DNA from: Pseudomonadota bacterium
GTDB lineage: Bacteria; Bdellovibrionota; FAC87; UBA2466
Reading direction: 5' to 3'
NCBI GenBank assembly: GCA_043718025.1
Contig: JAYSWN010000068.1
Coordinates: 64,001-128,000 of the forward strand
Length of the DNA: 64,000 nucleotides
Position numbers and translations under genes: made by a program. Position 1 is the first letter of the stretch. Every line of letters begins with the position of its first letter. The notes under the pieces are model-generated. The model had not been told where the DNA came from and searched no databases. It was given only the letters and a program-made list of their open reading frames with translations. Positions 8,511-18,687 of the stretch are shown in pieces.

Positions 8511-11111
8511 TTATTTTGCTTTTCCTGAAGCTACCGCGAAACCAAGTTCCCCTTTTGGGGTCAGCGTTACCGAAATGATGTCTCCCGGCATAAACGCCCC
8601 TTCAAGTAATTTTTGAGAAAGGGGGTTTAAGACGACTTCGGTAATCAAACGTTTAAGCGGGCGGGCCCCGTAAACAGGGTCGTAGCCACGTACTCCTAGC
8701 CACTCTCTAGCTTTAGCGTCCACCACCATACTTAGGTTTTTAGCTTCGAGCAACTTCACTACCGATTGTAGTTGGATACCCACAATCAGGTTGATTTCGG
8801 CCTGAGTTAGGGGTTGGAACAAAATGATCTCATCGAGTCGATTGAGAAGTTCTGGCCGGAAATGGCTGCGCACTTCGGTCATCACTTTTTGACGGGTGAC
8901 CTCGGTGATAGCCTCCCCGTCACCCAAAAACTGGCTGCCCAAGTTAGAGGTGAGGATAATGATCGTGTTCTTAAAATTTACTTTATTTCCTTGGCTGTCG
9001 GTAAGCACTCCATCGTCCAGCACCTGCAGAAGAATATTGAATACGTCTTTATGGGCTTTTTCTACTTCATCAAAAAGAACCACGGCGTAAGGACGGCGGC
9101 GTACCGCTTCGGTCAAGACTCCCCCCTCTTCGTAGCCGACGTAGCCCGGAGGGGCTCCGATGAGGCGCGATACCGAATGCTTTTCCATAAATTCGGTCAT
9201 GTCGATTCGCACCATATTGCTTTCGTCATCAAAGAGAAATTCGGCCAACGTTTTTGCCGTTTCTGTTTTTCCTACTCCGGTGGGGCCCAAAAACATGAAT
9301 CCGCCGAGCGGTTTATTGGGATCGCTGAGGCCGGCTTGGCTGCGGCGTACCGCATTGCAAATGGCGCGAATGGCCGGTTCTTGTCCGATTACCCGACGGC
9401 GCATCTCTTCTTCCATACGCAGCAATTTCTGCTTATCCGATTCGAGCATCTTGCTTACCGGAATTCCGGTCCATTTAGCCACCACCTCGGCGATGTCTTC
9501 TTCATCCACCTCTTCCTTCAACATACGATTCTCACTGGTGATTTGTGCCAACTGCTTTTGGGCTCCCTCTAACGAACGTTGGATATCATTCATTTTTCCA
9601 TATTTGAGCTCGGCGGCTTTACCCAGATCTCCGCTGCGCTCCGCTTTCTCCGACTCAACTTTAAGCCTTTCCATCTGCTCTTTGAGCTGAGAAATTTGTG
9701 AAATCACGGCTTTTTCGGCATTCCAACGGTCCTTTAATCCACCTGACTCAGTTTTTAACTCGAGGATCTGCTTTTTTAGCAATTCCTGTCGGGAGGCACT
9801 GGCCGGATCGCTTTCGCGTTTGAGCCCCTCAAACTCTATGCCTAGCTGAACCAACTTCCGTTCAATAACGTCGATTTCAGTGGGGAGACTGTCGATCTCC
9901 ATGCGCAGCTTAGCGGCGGCTTCGTCAATCAGATCGATGGCCTTATCCGGAAGCTGACGGTTGGTTATGTAACGATGGCTCAGTTTCGCGGCGGCAATCA
10001 ATGCGGCGTCTTGAATGCGAATGCCATGATGCAGTTCGTATTTTTCTTTTAGGCCGCGTAAAATTGAAACGGTGTCTTCCAGGGATGGCTCGCCAACGAA
10101 CACCGGTTGAAAACGGCGCTCCAGCGCAGAGTCTTTTTCAATGTACTGCCGGTACTCATCAAGTGTGGTGGCGCCAACGCACCTTAGCTCGCCGCGCGCC
10201 AACGCGGGTTTGAGCATATTGCCCGCATCCATGCTACCTTCGGCCTTTCCCGCGCCGACCACCGTGTGCAATTCATCGATAAACAGAACAATGGAGCCCT
10301 GAGAGCTGGTGATCTCTTTCAGCACGGCCTTCAAGCGTTCTTCAAACTCTCCGCGAAATTTGGCGCCGGCGATGAGTGATCCCAAATCTAGCGATAACAA
10401 TCTTTTGTTCTTCAGGCTTTCGGGGACGTCCCCCGAAACCATGCGTTGCGCCAATCCCTCGGCGATGGCGGTTTTGCCCACTCCTGGTTCACCGATCACC
10501 ACGGGATTATTTTTTGTGCGACGGGAGAGCACCTGAATCACCCGGCGAATTTCTTCGTCGCGGCCGATCACAGGGTCGAGGCGGCCATTGGCGGCGGCCT
10601 GAGTGAGGTCGCGGGTATAGCGCTGCAAGGCGTTGTATTTTTCTTCAGGGTTTTGATCCGACACTCGTTGGTTTCCTCTTATTTTGCTTAAAGCCTCTAG
10701 AAAAACATTCTTACTCAGCTTATGGCGCCTAAATAATTCGGGCACAAACCCCTCGCGCTGGGCGAAAAAAGCCAAGAACAAATGTTCGGTGCTGATGAAA
10801 TCATCTTTCAGAGCCTTGGCTTCTTCTTCTGCCTGCACCAACAGACGGTTGGTTTGCGCGTTCAAGTAAGGTTGAACGTTACCGTGAACCTGCGGTTTTT
10901 TATTTAAATCGCCTTCGACGTCGGCCAGAATTTTTCCTGACGAACCTGCACTCATCGATTCAAGGCACGGTGAAATTAACCCGTCCTTTTGCTTTAAAAG
11001 CGCGGCGAGTAAATGCTCCGGATCCACACTCTGGTGATTGCGTTTCACCGTCTGGCTCTGCGCGTCAACGACGGCTTCTTGAGCTTTCACCGTAAATTGG
11101 TTTAGATTCAT
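8511..11111 (-). CDS. clpB: ATP-dependent chaperone ClpB
   Basis: Two AAA+ modules ([16 protein letters not shown]), coiled-coil M domain (AAELKYG), GARPLKR. Confidence 0.98.
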   Translation of the reverse strand: MNLNQFTVKAQEAVVDAQSQTVKRNHQSVDPEHLLAALLKQKDGLISPCLESMSAGSSGKILADVEGDLNKKPQVHGNVQPYLNAQTNRLLVQAEEEAKALKDDFISTEHLFLAFFAQREGFVPELFRRHKLSKNVFLEALSKIRGNQRVSDQNPEEKYNALQRYTRDLTQAAANGRLDPVIGRDEEIRRVIQVLSRRTKNNPVVIGEPGVGKTAIAEGLAQRMVSGDVPESLKNKRLLSLDLGSLIAGAKFRGEFEERLKAVLKEITSSQGSIVLFIDELHTVVGAGKAEGSMDAGNMLKPALARGELRCVGATTLDEYRQYIEKDSALERRFQPVFVGEPSLEDTVSILRGLKEKYELHHGIRIQDAALIAAAKLSHRYITNRQLPDKAIDLIDEAAAKLRMEIDSLPTEIDVIERKLVQLGIEFEGLKRESDPASASRQELLKKQILELKTESGGLKDRWNAEKAVISQISQLKEQMERLKVESEKAERSGDLGKAAELKYGKMNDIQRSLEGAQKQLAQITSENRMLKEEVDEEDIAEVVAKWTGIPVSKMLESDKQKLLRMEEEMRRRVIGQEPAIRAICNAVRRSQAGLSDPNKPLGGFMFLGPTGVGKTETAKTLAEFLFDDESNMVRIDMTEFMEKHSVSRLIGAPPGYVGYEEGGVLTEAVRRRPYAVVLFDEVEKAHKDVFNILLQVLDDGVLTDSQGNKVNFKNTIIILTSNLGSQFLGDGEAITEVTRQKVMTEVRSHFRPELLNRLDEIILFQPLTQAEINLIVGIQLQSVVKLLEAKNLSMVVDAKAREWLGVRGYDPVYGARPLKRLITEVVLNPLSQKLLEGAFMPGDIISVTLTPKGELGFAVASGKAK

Positions 11112-11144
11112 TAGTTACCTCAATAGCTTAGCGATTGGGTCTAA

Positions 11145-11171
11145 GTATGGAGTGCTTTGGCTGAAAGTCAA
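11145..11171 (-). promoter_or_regulatory. Possible heat-shock (sigma32-like) promoter of clpB
   Basis: Minus strand TTGACT-N13-CTCCATAC resembles TTGAAA-N13/14-CCCCATNT. Confidence 0.35.
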
Positions 11172-12977
11172 AAATCAGAGGGCGTGCAAGCGTTCTCCGA
11201 AGGGGAAGAGAACCTACTGAAATCTTTAAGTTTTTGGGCTTTGATCGCCCGGTTTCGGGGGGCTTACTTTAGGGGGATTCTGACGCTATTTTTAGTCGAT
11301 GCGGCGAACGTCGCGATACCCCTGTGCCTAAAAAACGCGATCGATGCCATTAATATTTCGTATCGCGAAAGAGTTTACGTCCTTGGGGCGGCCATTCTGG
11401 CGCTCTATTGTGTTCAAGCGGTGGGGCGGTACCTGTGGCGCATTTTTTTGATCGGCGCCTCTCATCGCATCATCTCGATCTACCGAAAAAAATTCTTCGA
11501 GCACGTGCTTAACGTTCCCGCCCATTCCCTAAAAATGAGCAGCGGAGATCTCTTGTCGCGTGCCACACAAGACATTGAGTCGGTTCGCATGGCGCTTGGG
11601 CCGGGCGTGCTGGTAATTGCCGATTGTGTGATTTTATTTTTCCTAATCCTCCCCGCAATGTGGGGAATCTCTCCTCGGTTAACGCTGGTGTCGCTGGCAC
11701 TCATGCCCTTGGTGCCACTACTCACTTTTTTTTGCGGAAGCCGAATCGATAAACTATTTGAAAAGTTACAAGACCAGACTTCGGTGATGACCGGTTTCAT
11801 TCGCGAACGATTTACTCACGTGCGTCTCATCAAAGCTTTTGCAGCCGAATCAATCTCCACAAATGAGCTTTCAAAGCTCAGCATTGCTTACCGCAACACG
11901 GGTAAGCAGCTCGCCGTAGTAGAAAGTTTTTTTTCGCCCGGTTTAGCATTTCTGACCAATCTGGGTACGGTGCTCATCTTAGTGGTAGGAGGGAATTTGG
12001 CGCTGGAGGGCACTCTAACCATCGGTGCGTTTATCGCGTTCCAAAGACTGTTAGTTCAGCTTTCTTGGCCGATGGAAGCCATTGGTTGGGGGGTCACGCT
12101 CACTCGTGAAGCCAAAGCCGCTCACCGTCGACTTAATCAAGTGCTCGACGTTCCAAGTGATTCAGAAATTGTCACACAAACCCCCGCAGTGAGAGGCCAA
12201 CCCGTTCTAGAAATTCGTGACCTAAACATGCGGTTACCCTTTGCCGGCGGCCAAAATCCACAGCCCGGCAACCAAATGACCCTCCGTGCCCAAGAACTTA
12301 AGGTCGAACCGGGTAAATGGGTTGGAGTAGTGGGGCCGATTGCGAGTGGCAAGAGCACGCTCTTCGATGTCATTTTGCGCATGTGGGATCCCCCCCCGGG
12401 TTCGGTATTCTTAGGTGGTACCGACATCACCAAGATTTCACGGCGGGAATTACGTAACCGGATACGTATTGTCGACCAGCCGATTACCCTGCTCGGTGAA
12501 AATTTATTTGCGAACGTAAGTCTGTCATTAAACGGCAACATGAACTCCGAAATGTTAGCCGCCTTGAGTAGGTTGGCTTCACTCAACGTGCATGAACGGT
12601 TTGGGGACAGCGCAATCGACGATAAACTTTCTGAACGCGGTAGTGACCTGTCCGGGGGGCAAAAACAACGTGTGGCTTTAATCCGCGCCTTGGCCACGAA
12701 ACCTGATTTGTTGCTCCTCGATGATCCTTTCTCCGGCATCGATCTCATTACCGAGCGAGCCATATTTTCAAATATTCGACGCGAATACCCAATGACCGCG
12801 GCACTTTTTATCACTCACCGTTTTGAACTCATGGAAGAGATGGATGAGGTTTGGGTATTTGAACACGGGCAGTTGATCAAAAGCGGCACCCACCGCAGCT
12901 TGCTTCAAGAGACGGAGCTTTACCGGCGATTGGCCCAGATTCCCGAACCCCATGCGCGGCCAAGTGGAGGACTATGA
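11157..12977 (+). CDS. ABC exporter, fused TMD-NBD, subunit 1 of a heterodimer (start may be slightly downstream)
   Basis: TM domain; GPIASGKST, LSGGQKQR; Walker B LLLDD lacks the catalytic Glu. Confidence 0.93.
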   Translation: MAESQKSEGVQAFSEGEENLLKSLSFWALIARFRGAYFRGILTLFLVDAANVAIPLCLKNAIDAINISYRERVYVLGAAILALYCVQAVGRYLWRIFLIGASHRIISIYRKKFFEHVLNVPAHSLKMSSGDLLSRATQDIESVRMALGPGVLVIADCVILFFLILPAMWGISPRLTLVSLALMPLVPLLTFFCGSRIDKLFEKLQDQTSVMTGFIRERFTHVRLIKAFAAESISTNELSKLSIAYRNTGKQLAVVESFFSPGLAFLTNLGTVLILVVGGNLALEGTLTIGAFIAFQRLLVQLSWPMEAIGWGVTLTREAKAAHRRLNQVLDVPSDSEIVTQTPAVRGQPVLEIRDLNMRLPFAGGQNPQPGNQMTLRAQELKVEPGKWVGVVGPIASGKSTLFDVILRMWDPPPGSVFLGGTDITKISRRELRNRIRIVDQPITLLGENLFANVSLSLNGNMNSEMLAALSRLASLNVHERFGDSAIDDKLSERGSDLSGGQKQRVALIRALATKPDLLLLDDPFSGIDLITERAIFSNIRREYPMTAALFITHRFELMEEMDEVWVFEHGQLIKSGTHRSLLQETELYRRLAQIPEPHARPSGGL

Positions 12978-14701
12978 AACGGTTTTTCGAAAAATGGCCT
13001 TCTCCGATAAAAAGTGCGCTCGTGGCCATGAAGTTTCGTTTCGGAATTGCGGGAGCGCTTTTACTCGTCTCAACTGGCATCGAAGTATTGCTACCTTTAT
13101 TACAAGGTAAAATTGTTGACCTCATTCTGAAATCGTTCGGCAAAGAATCACTAAGCCGCGTTGTCTATTGGTTTCTAGGGGCGATAGTTCTTAAAGGGGT
13201 ATCCGATGGGGTGCAGGCATACGTGGTTCAATCCATCGGACAGGACTTTACCCACAATCTGCGGACGGAGATGTTTCGTCGGATGCTCCATTTTCCGGTG
13301 ACCTATTTCGATAAGATCGCGTCGGGTCGCTTGGTTACGCGAATCATCACTGATCTGAGGTCAATGGGTGAACTATTTTCGGCCAGTATCTGTGTGGCGG
13401 GATTAGACGTTGTTGTCATCCTGGCTTCCGTAGTGATCATGGTTTGGCTTCAGCCGGTGCTTGCTATGGTACTGCTGCTGCCCGTACCTTTTGCTTTTTA
13501 CCTTATCCACCGCTACGGAGAAAAGGTGGCCGTGGCCTTTCGTATTGCGCGTTCGCGACTGGGAACCATTACCGGCTTTCTCGGGGAGAATTTTGGGGCC
13601 TTAACCACCATTCAGCGTCTGGCGGGAGAAAAAGCCCAAAGTAAAAAGTTTTCGCGGCTGGTGCAAGATCACCAAGACTCTCAGATGAATGCCCTGCGCG
13701 TTTTTGCCATGGCTCAGCCGATAATCAACGCCACAAACGGCTTAACCTTCAGTCTCTTGGTCATCTTCGGGGGGCTGGGGGTCATCGATAAAAGGTGGTC
13801 CCTCGGCGTGTTAGTGGCTTTTTTGGGCTACCTAAAGAATCTTTTCCAACCACTTCGCGATCTTATCGAGAAATACAACACCATCCTTGCCGCGCGGGTG
13901 GCGTTCGAACGCGTGTTCTCGATTTTTACTGAAAAGCTAGAGAGCGACTTGACGATAGGCAAAGAGATTTCCAAGACGAGCGAGTTTTCTATCGAGTTTG
14001 AAGATGTCACCTTCCGCTACCCTGAGGGTAAGGGCTTGGTGTTAAACCAAGTGTCTTTTACGGTGGCGGCCGGAGAGACCGTGGCGATTATCGGGCCTAC
14101 CGGCGGCGGAAAATCGACTATATTTCGCCTGTTGCTCGGTTTTTACCGGCACTCCTATGGTCTGATTCGAATTGCCGGCGTAGATTTGAGTGAACTAAAC
14201 CTCGAAAGTTTACGGCAAAAGATTGGTTTCGTGGCCCAAGAGCTGTTTCTGTTTCGCGGTACGGTCAGAGAAAACCTGACGGTGGGAAGTGAAAAATGGT
14301 CTGAGGCTCAGATGCTTTCTTCATTGGAGACGGTTGGCCTCTGGGAGCGGATCAAAGAGCGCGGCGGCCTCGGCCTCTTTCTCGAAGAGGGGGGAGAAAA
14401 TCTTTCGCTTGGCGAGCGGCAGCTACTTGCCATGGCCCGAGTCTTTTTAAGTAATCCGCCGTTGCTTTTGTTCGACGAAGTGACCTCGCAAATTGACGCG
14501 AAAACCGAGAGCATGATTTTAAATGCGCTGGAGATCCTAAGGCGGGGAAGAACCTGTTTGTTCATTGCTCACCGACCGAAAGCGGCCGAGCTGGCCGACA
14601 AAGTGATTGAGATTCGTGAAGGAAAAGCCTACACCAAGGTTCAAAGCTCCTTGGTCGATAAAGGCAAGCCATTGCCGGTTATTCCGTCGCTGACGACTTA
14701 G
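12974..14701 (+). CDS. ABC exporter, fused TMD-NBD, subunit 2 of a heterodimer
   Basis: GPTGGGKST, degenerate signature LSLGERQ, LLFDE, IAHR; ATGA overlap with subunit 1. Confidence 0.93.
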   Translation: MKRFFEKWPSPIKSALVAMKFRFGIAGALLLVSTGIEVLLPLLQGKIVDLILKSFGKESLSRVVYWFLGAIVLKGVSDGVQAYVVQSIGQDFTHNLRTEMFRRMLHFPVTYFDKIASGRLVTRIITDLRSMGELFSASICVAGLDVVVILASVVIMVWLQPVLAMVLLLPVPFAFYLIHRYGEKVAVAFRIARSRLGTITGFLGENFGALTTIQRLAGEKAQSKKFSRLVQDHQDSQMNALRVFAMAQPIINATNGLTFSLLVIFGGLGVIDKRWSLGVLVAFLGYLKNLFQPLRDLIEKYNTILAARVAFERVFSIFTEKLESDLTIGKEISKTSEFSIEFEDVTFRYPEGKGLVLNQVSFTVAAGETVAIIGPTGGGKSTIFRLLLGFYRHSYGLIRIAGVDLSELNLESLRQKIGFVAQELFLFRGTVRENLTVGSEKWSEAQMLSSLETVGLWERIKERGGLGLFLEEGGENLSLGERQLLAMARVFLSNPPLLLFDEVTSQIDAKTESMILNALEILRRGRTCLFIAHRPKAAELADKVIEIREGKAYTKVQSSLVDKGKPLPVIPSLTT

Positions 14702-15608
14702 TCGAGTTCAGAATCTGGTGTTTTTCCAGCGCCAGAAAGAGCCTCTCCATTCCGATTGCCACCCCGGCTACCGGTCCTACGTTCTGTTTGGCTGCTTCGA
14801 TAAGATCTTTAGGAAAGGGGTGGCGTGTCTTTCCCGCCGCTTCACGCGTTTTTGACTCTTTTTCGTAACGCTTTTGCAGTTCAGTTGGAGACCAAAGCTC
14901 GGTGCAGCCGTTAGCGATTTCCATTCCGTGCCAGTAAATTTCAAAACGCTCGGCAAATTGACCATCACTTCCGGGCTTGGATAATGGCGAAACTGCGATT
15001 GGGTAATCGATAAGGGCGGTTGGCACACGGTGGGGAAGCACGGTCTCTACTTCATCCAAAACCAACTTAAAAAACAGATCCTCCCAAGAATCAGTTTGGG
15101 CAACCGATTGGTTTCCACGGCGCATCGCCTCTTGGTAAAAAATGTGAGTATTCGACATCTTGCTTAGTTCAATGCCAGTGTTTTCTTTGAGAAGCTCAGA
15201 TATCGAATGTGTTTCAGCATGCAAAGGAGTCGGGCCACAGAGATGCCCAAAAAAGGCAAAGGTTTCGCTTAAAAGCTCCTTTGCGGAAAAGCCCACTCGG
15301 TAGAATTCCAGCATCGAAAATTCTATCTTATGAATAGGGGTGTCGGGATCATCGCGGAATGAGCGGCATATTTGGTAGATTGATTGCGGATTGGTTGCCA
15401 ATAGACGTTTCATCGCAATCTCTGGGGAGGTGTGCAGCTCAGCTTCACCTCTGCTCCAGGCAACCTTTAGGCAGTCCAGAGTGCTTTCGAACGCACCCAC
15501 CGGCACCAGATGATTGGTGGTCACTTCAAGGTAGCCGCGAGCATCCAGAAACTCTCGAGTTTGCTTGAGAAACGCCGCCCATTCCCTAATTTTTGTTGGT
15601 CCATCCAT
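14679..15608 (-). CDS. epmA: EF-P lysine aminoacylase EpmA/GenX
   Basis: TSPEIAMKRLL, EFSMLEFYR, ERFEIY..GMEIANG, GVAIGMERL; class II LysRS catalytic domain only. Confidence 0.9.
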   Translation of the reverse strand: MDGPTKIREWAAFLKQTREFLDARGYLEVTTNHLVPVGAFESTLDCLKVAWSRGEAELHTSPEIAMKRLLATNPQSIYQICRSFRDDPDTPIHKIEFSMLEFYRVGFSAKELLSETFAFFGHLCGPTPLHAETHSISELLKENTGIELSKMSNTHIFYQEAMRRGNQSVAQTDSWEDLFFKLVLDEVETVLPHRVPTALIDYPIAVSPLSKPGSDGQFAERFEIYWHGMEIANGCTELWSPTELQKRYEKESKTREAAGKTRHPFPKDLIEAAKQNVGPVAGVAIGMERLFLALEKHQILNSTKSSATE

Positions 15609-15658
15609 CTGCCCGCAGGTTATAGTCTAACGCGAAGGGCAAAGCTACTGAGACCAAA

Positions 15659-16537
15659 ATGCGGATAGACAAGTACTTACAAATTCAATTTCCGGGCCTC
15701 ACACGTCGACAGATTGAAGAGGCCATTGCGGGTGGCTTGGTTGTCTTTCCTAGCGGAAAAAAGATTTCGAAGGGCGAACGGGCTTTTAAGGCTGAAGACC
15801 TAAACCTTGATCTTCTTCACGCCCATTTGCTAAAGCTCACTCACGGAAATACTTCTCTGATCATCTACCAGCTTGAAGATCACGCTGACTTTTGTGTGGT
15901 GGATAAGCCCGCCGGCACCCCATCTCATCCTATTTCACTACTCGATTTTGACACGATTTCTCATTGGGCCCTGGCAAAGTATCCGGAAATCGCAAAAGAG
16001 TTTTCGGAATGCCAACCCACGGTTACTCCGCACCGGTTAGACACAGGCACCTCCGGCGTGTTGGTGGTCGCCAAAACGAAAAACTCCTTTCTTAAATGGC
16101 GCGAGCATTTCTCCGCTAGAGAGATCACCAAGAAATATCTGGCCTGGTGCTGGGGGAACCCGAAAGAAGTGAGTTTCGTTGTCAAAAATCATTTGGCGCA
16201 TGACAACGCCGACGCAAGAAAAATGCGTGGGGGCAAAGAGGGCGATAAGGGGGTGCGCCCTCCTTTTCTCGCTGCCCACTCCACGATGCGGGTGGAAAGG
16301 CGGCTTAAAAATAAATTTTTGATGAGTATTGAGTGCAGCACGGGAGTGACTCACCAAGTTCGAGTACATTGTGCAGAGCTGGGCTTTCCGTTGGTGGGCG
16401 ATTCTTTATATGACCCGGAATTTAGCGACCGTTTGGATAAACCAGCTTGGCACGAGCTTAGGGCCGTGGCCGTCATCGGCCCCGCTTTTTCTTTCAAGGC
16501 CCCCGACGCTGATTTCTGTAAGAAATATCAGGACTAG
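15659..16537 (+). CDS. RluA/RluD-family pseudouridine synthase
   Basis: S4-like N-terminus, VDKPAG, HRLDTGTSG, TGVTHQVRVH, GDSLY. Confidence 0.92.
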   Translation: MRIDKYLQIQFPGLTRRQIEEAIAGGLVVFPSGKKISKGERAFKAEDLNLDLLHAHLLKLTHGNTSLIIYQLEDHADFCVVDKPAGTPSHPISLLDFDTISHWALAKYPEIAKEFSECQPTVTPHRLDTGTSGVLVVAKTKNSFLKWREHFSAREITKKYLAWCWGNPKEVSFVVKNHLAHDNADARKMRGGKEGDKGVRPPFLAAHSTMRVERRLKNKFLMSIECSTGVTHQVRVHCAELGFPLVGDSLYDPEFSDRLDKPAWHELRAVAVIGPAFSFKAPDADFCKKYQD

Positions 16538-16540
16538 AAG

Positions 16541-18625
16541 TTGGACATAAAAGCGCAAAATCCAATCGAGAAGCAGGTAATTTTGGTGGGGGCTGGCAAT
16601 GCTCACCTTGTTTTCATAAAAAAATGGCGCATGAAGTCCAGCCCGCGTGTTTCGATCGTGCTCATTAACGAATCGGCTGAAATGCCCTACTCCGCAATGA
16701 TTCCCGGATTTTTGGCCCGGGAATACTGGCTAAATCAAGTTACTGTAGACTTAGTTCGCCTCTGTCGCTCAGCGGGAGTTCGTCTAATTGCAGGCAATCG
16801 GGTAACCGAGATCGATCTTAACGCAAAGCAGGTAGCGCTCTCCGCTCGGCCGACCCCTATGCCTTTTGATTTTCTGTCGTTGAACGTCGGTAATGTAGCT
16901 GGTGAATCCGCGGGAGTGGCTTCCTCTGTTTTTCCTTTGCGTCCTCTCTCTCTTTTTCTTTCACGGCTTCCCGAACTCGATGAATTGGCAAAACGAGAGA
17001 AAACGATTGCCGTAGTGGGTGCGGGTCCATCGGGCTGCGAGGTGGCACTTGGCTTGGCTAACCGTTACCGCGATAGACCCGTCCGGATCGAAGTGTACGA
17101 GAGCGCTGACCGGGCCGTTCCCGAATTTCCTAAAAGGGCAGCAGACTGGTTTCAGCGGCGGTTTCGAAAAAACCAAATTCTATTTTTTCCAAACCGACAG
17201 TTAGATGAAAAATCTTATAAAGATTTTGGCGCAGTCATAATCGCCACTTCGCCGAGGCCAGAGACTTGGTTCACGCACTCGGGCCTAGATTGCGATGGCC
17301 GCGGGTTTGTAAAAGTTGGGCCAACTTTACAGTCAGTGTCTCACGAGTTTGTTTTTGCGGCGGGTGATGTAGCCGCGGTGCAAGGGGTTCGTCCCTTTGC
17401 GAAGAACGGTGTTTACTCGGTTCGCATGGGAGAAACCCTCTATCATTCGATCTCGGCCGCATTGCAATCTCAACCATTCCCAAAATTCCGCCCCCAGCCG
17501 AGGTATCTTGCGCTAATGAACGGAGGGCAGGGCGACGGCATGTTTAGTTATGGCGCGTTCACGCTCTATGGTCGCTGGGCGCGCAAATTGAAGTCACGCA
17601 TCGATGAGGCTTGGGTATCGAGTTTTTTGAGTCCCGCGATGGCCGAAGATGAAGTGCCAGAGCCCATGCGCTGCTTAGGTTGCGCAGCAAAGGTGTCCGG
17701 CGCAGTGCTGAACGATAGCCTCGATAAGCTATCGCTCCTAGAGCGCGAAGACTCTACGATTGAAGAGCATGCAGACTGTGAAAAGGTATCTCTAAAGTCG
17801 GTAGATTTTCTTTCTTTGTTTTTGGATGATCCCTTCACGTTTGGAAAAATCGCCGCGCTTCATAGCGTAAGCGACATCTACGCTATGAATGGTTCGCCGC
17901 AAACCGCGTTGGCCATTCTTACGGTTCCCTGGTCGGCCGAGAGGATCCAGAAGCAGTGGATTTTAGAAGTGATGAATGGTGCCGCGGAGATTGCTCGCCA
18001 AGAGGGGTTTGCGATCAACGGAGGTCACACTGGTGAGGCTGACCGACTCTCTTTTGGCTTGAGCGTAAGTGGCGAGGCCTTCAAATCGAAGTTGTTTTTA
18101 AAAAGCCAACTCCAGCCCGGCGATATTTTGGTGCTCACGAAAAAGTTGGGAGTCGGAACTCTCCTCGCTGCGTGGATGCGATCAATGGCCACCGCCGGTG
18201 AAATGAAAGAAGGTCTCGATGAAATGCTGAAGAGTAACTCTCTGGCCAGAATGGTCTTCGATGCAGTCGGAGTTAAAGCCGCCACTGACGTGACCGGTTT
18301 CGGTTTGGCCGGCCATCTTGGTGACATGCTCGATAAAAGTGGAGTCTCGGTTCGATTTGAATTTGACGCTTCGTTCGCGTTGTCTAGTTTTCAACGGCTG
18401 AATGGATTAGGAATTCACAGCACGATTTATCCTGAAAACAAGCGATACGGTTCCCGCTTTTGCGAAGCCCTGCCTGAAATCTTTTTTGATCCACAGACTT
18501 CCGGGGGGCTCTTAGGAGCTATTCCCAGCAATAAGTGGAATGCTTTTGAAAAATTATCGGTTGATAGAGGGCTGTTTTATTCGAAACTGGGGATCGTAGA
18601 ACCCCCTAAATCGGCTTTAAATTAG
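16541..18625 (+). CDS. selD: FAD-dependent oxidoreductase (NDH-2-like) fused to selenide, water dikinase SelD
   Basis: N-terminal GAGNAH, GAGPSG, FAAGD; C-terminal CLGCAAKV, VDF, SDIYAM, GGHT, TDVTGFGLAGHL, DPQTSGGLL. Confidence 0.88.
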   Translation: MDIKAQNPIEKQVILVGAGNAHLVFIKKWRMKSSPRVSIVLINESAEMPYSAMIPGFLAREYWLNQVTVDLVRLCRSAGVRLIAGNRVTEIDLNAKQVALSARPTPMPFDFLSLNVGNVAGESAGVASSVFPLRPLSLFLSRLPELDELAKREKTIAVVGAGPSGCEVALGLANRYRDRPVRIEVYESADRAVPEFPKRAADWFQRRFRKNQILFFPNRQLDEKSYKDFGAVIIATSPRPETWFTHSGLDCDGRGFVKVGPTLQSVSHEFVFAAGDVAAVQGVRPFAKNGVYSVRMGETLYHSISAALQSQPFPKFRPQPRYLALMNGGQGDGMFSYGAFTLYGRWARKLKSRIDEAWVSSFLSPAMAEDEVPEPMRCLGCAAKVSGAVLNDSLDKLSLLEREDSTIEEHADCEKVSLKSVDFLSLFLDDPFTFGKIAALHSVSDIYAMNGSPQTALAILTVPWSAERIQKQWILEVMNGAAEIARQEGFAINGGHTGEADRLSFGLSVSGEAFKSKLFLKSQLQPGDILVLTKKLGVGTLLAAWMRSMATAGEMKEGLDEMLKSNSLARMVFDAVGVKAATDVTGFGLAGHLGDMLDKSGVSVRFEFDASFALSSFQRLNGLGIHSTIYPENKRYGSRFCEALPEIFFDPQTSGGLLGAIPSNKWNAFEKLSVDRGLFYSKLGIVEPPKSALN

Positions 18626-18637
18626 CGTTTAAAAGGC

Positions 18638-18670
18638 AAAAAAAAGGCCCGGCAGCAGAGCTACCGGGCC
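18638..18670 (-). terminator. Intrinsic terminator of the rpoBC operon
   Basis: GGCCCGGTAG-loop-CTGCCGGGCC followed by T8 on the minus strand, just after the rpoC stop. Confidence 0.88.
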
Positions 18671-18687
18671 TTTAAAATGTTTGTGGC

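Noticed and set aside
11128..11158. CIRCE (HrcA) operator upstream of clpB
   Set aside because: TTAGCGATT...GAGTGCTTT has a 13-nt spacer rather than 9 and a poor left arm
17665..17700. Selenocysteine recoding in SelD
   Set aside because: Both Cys codons of CLGC are TGC and the ORF is uninterrupted
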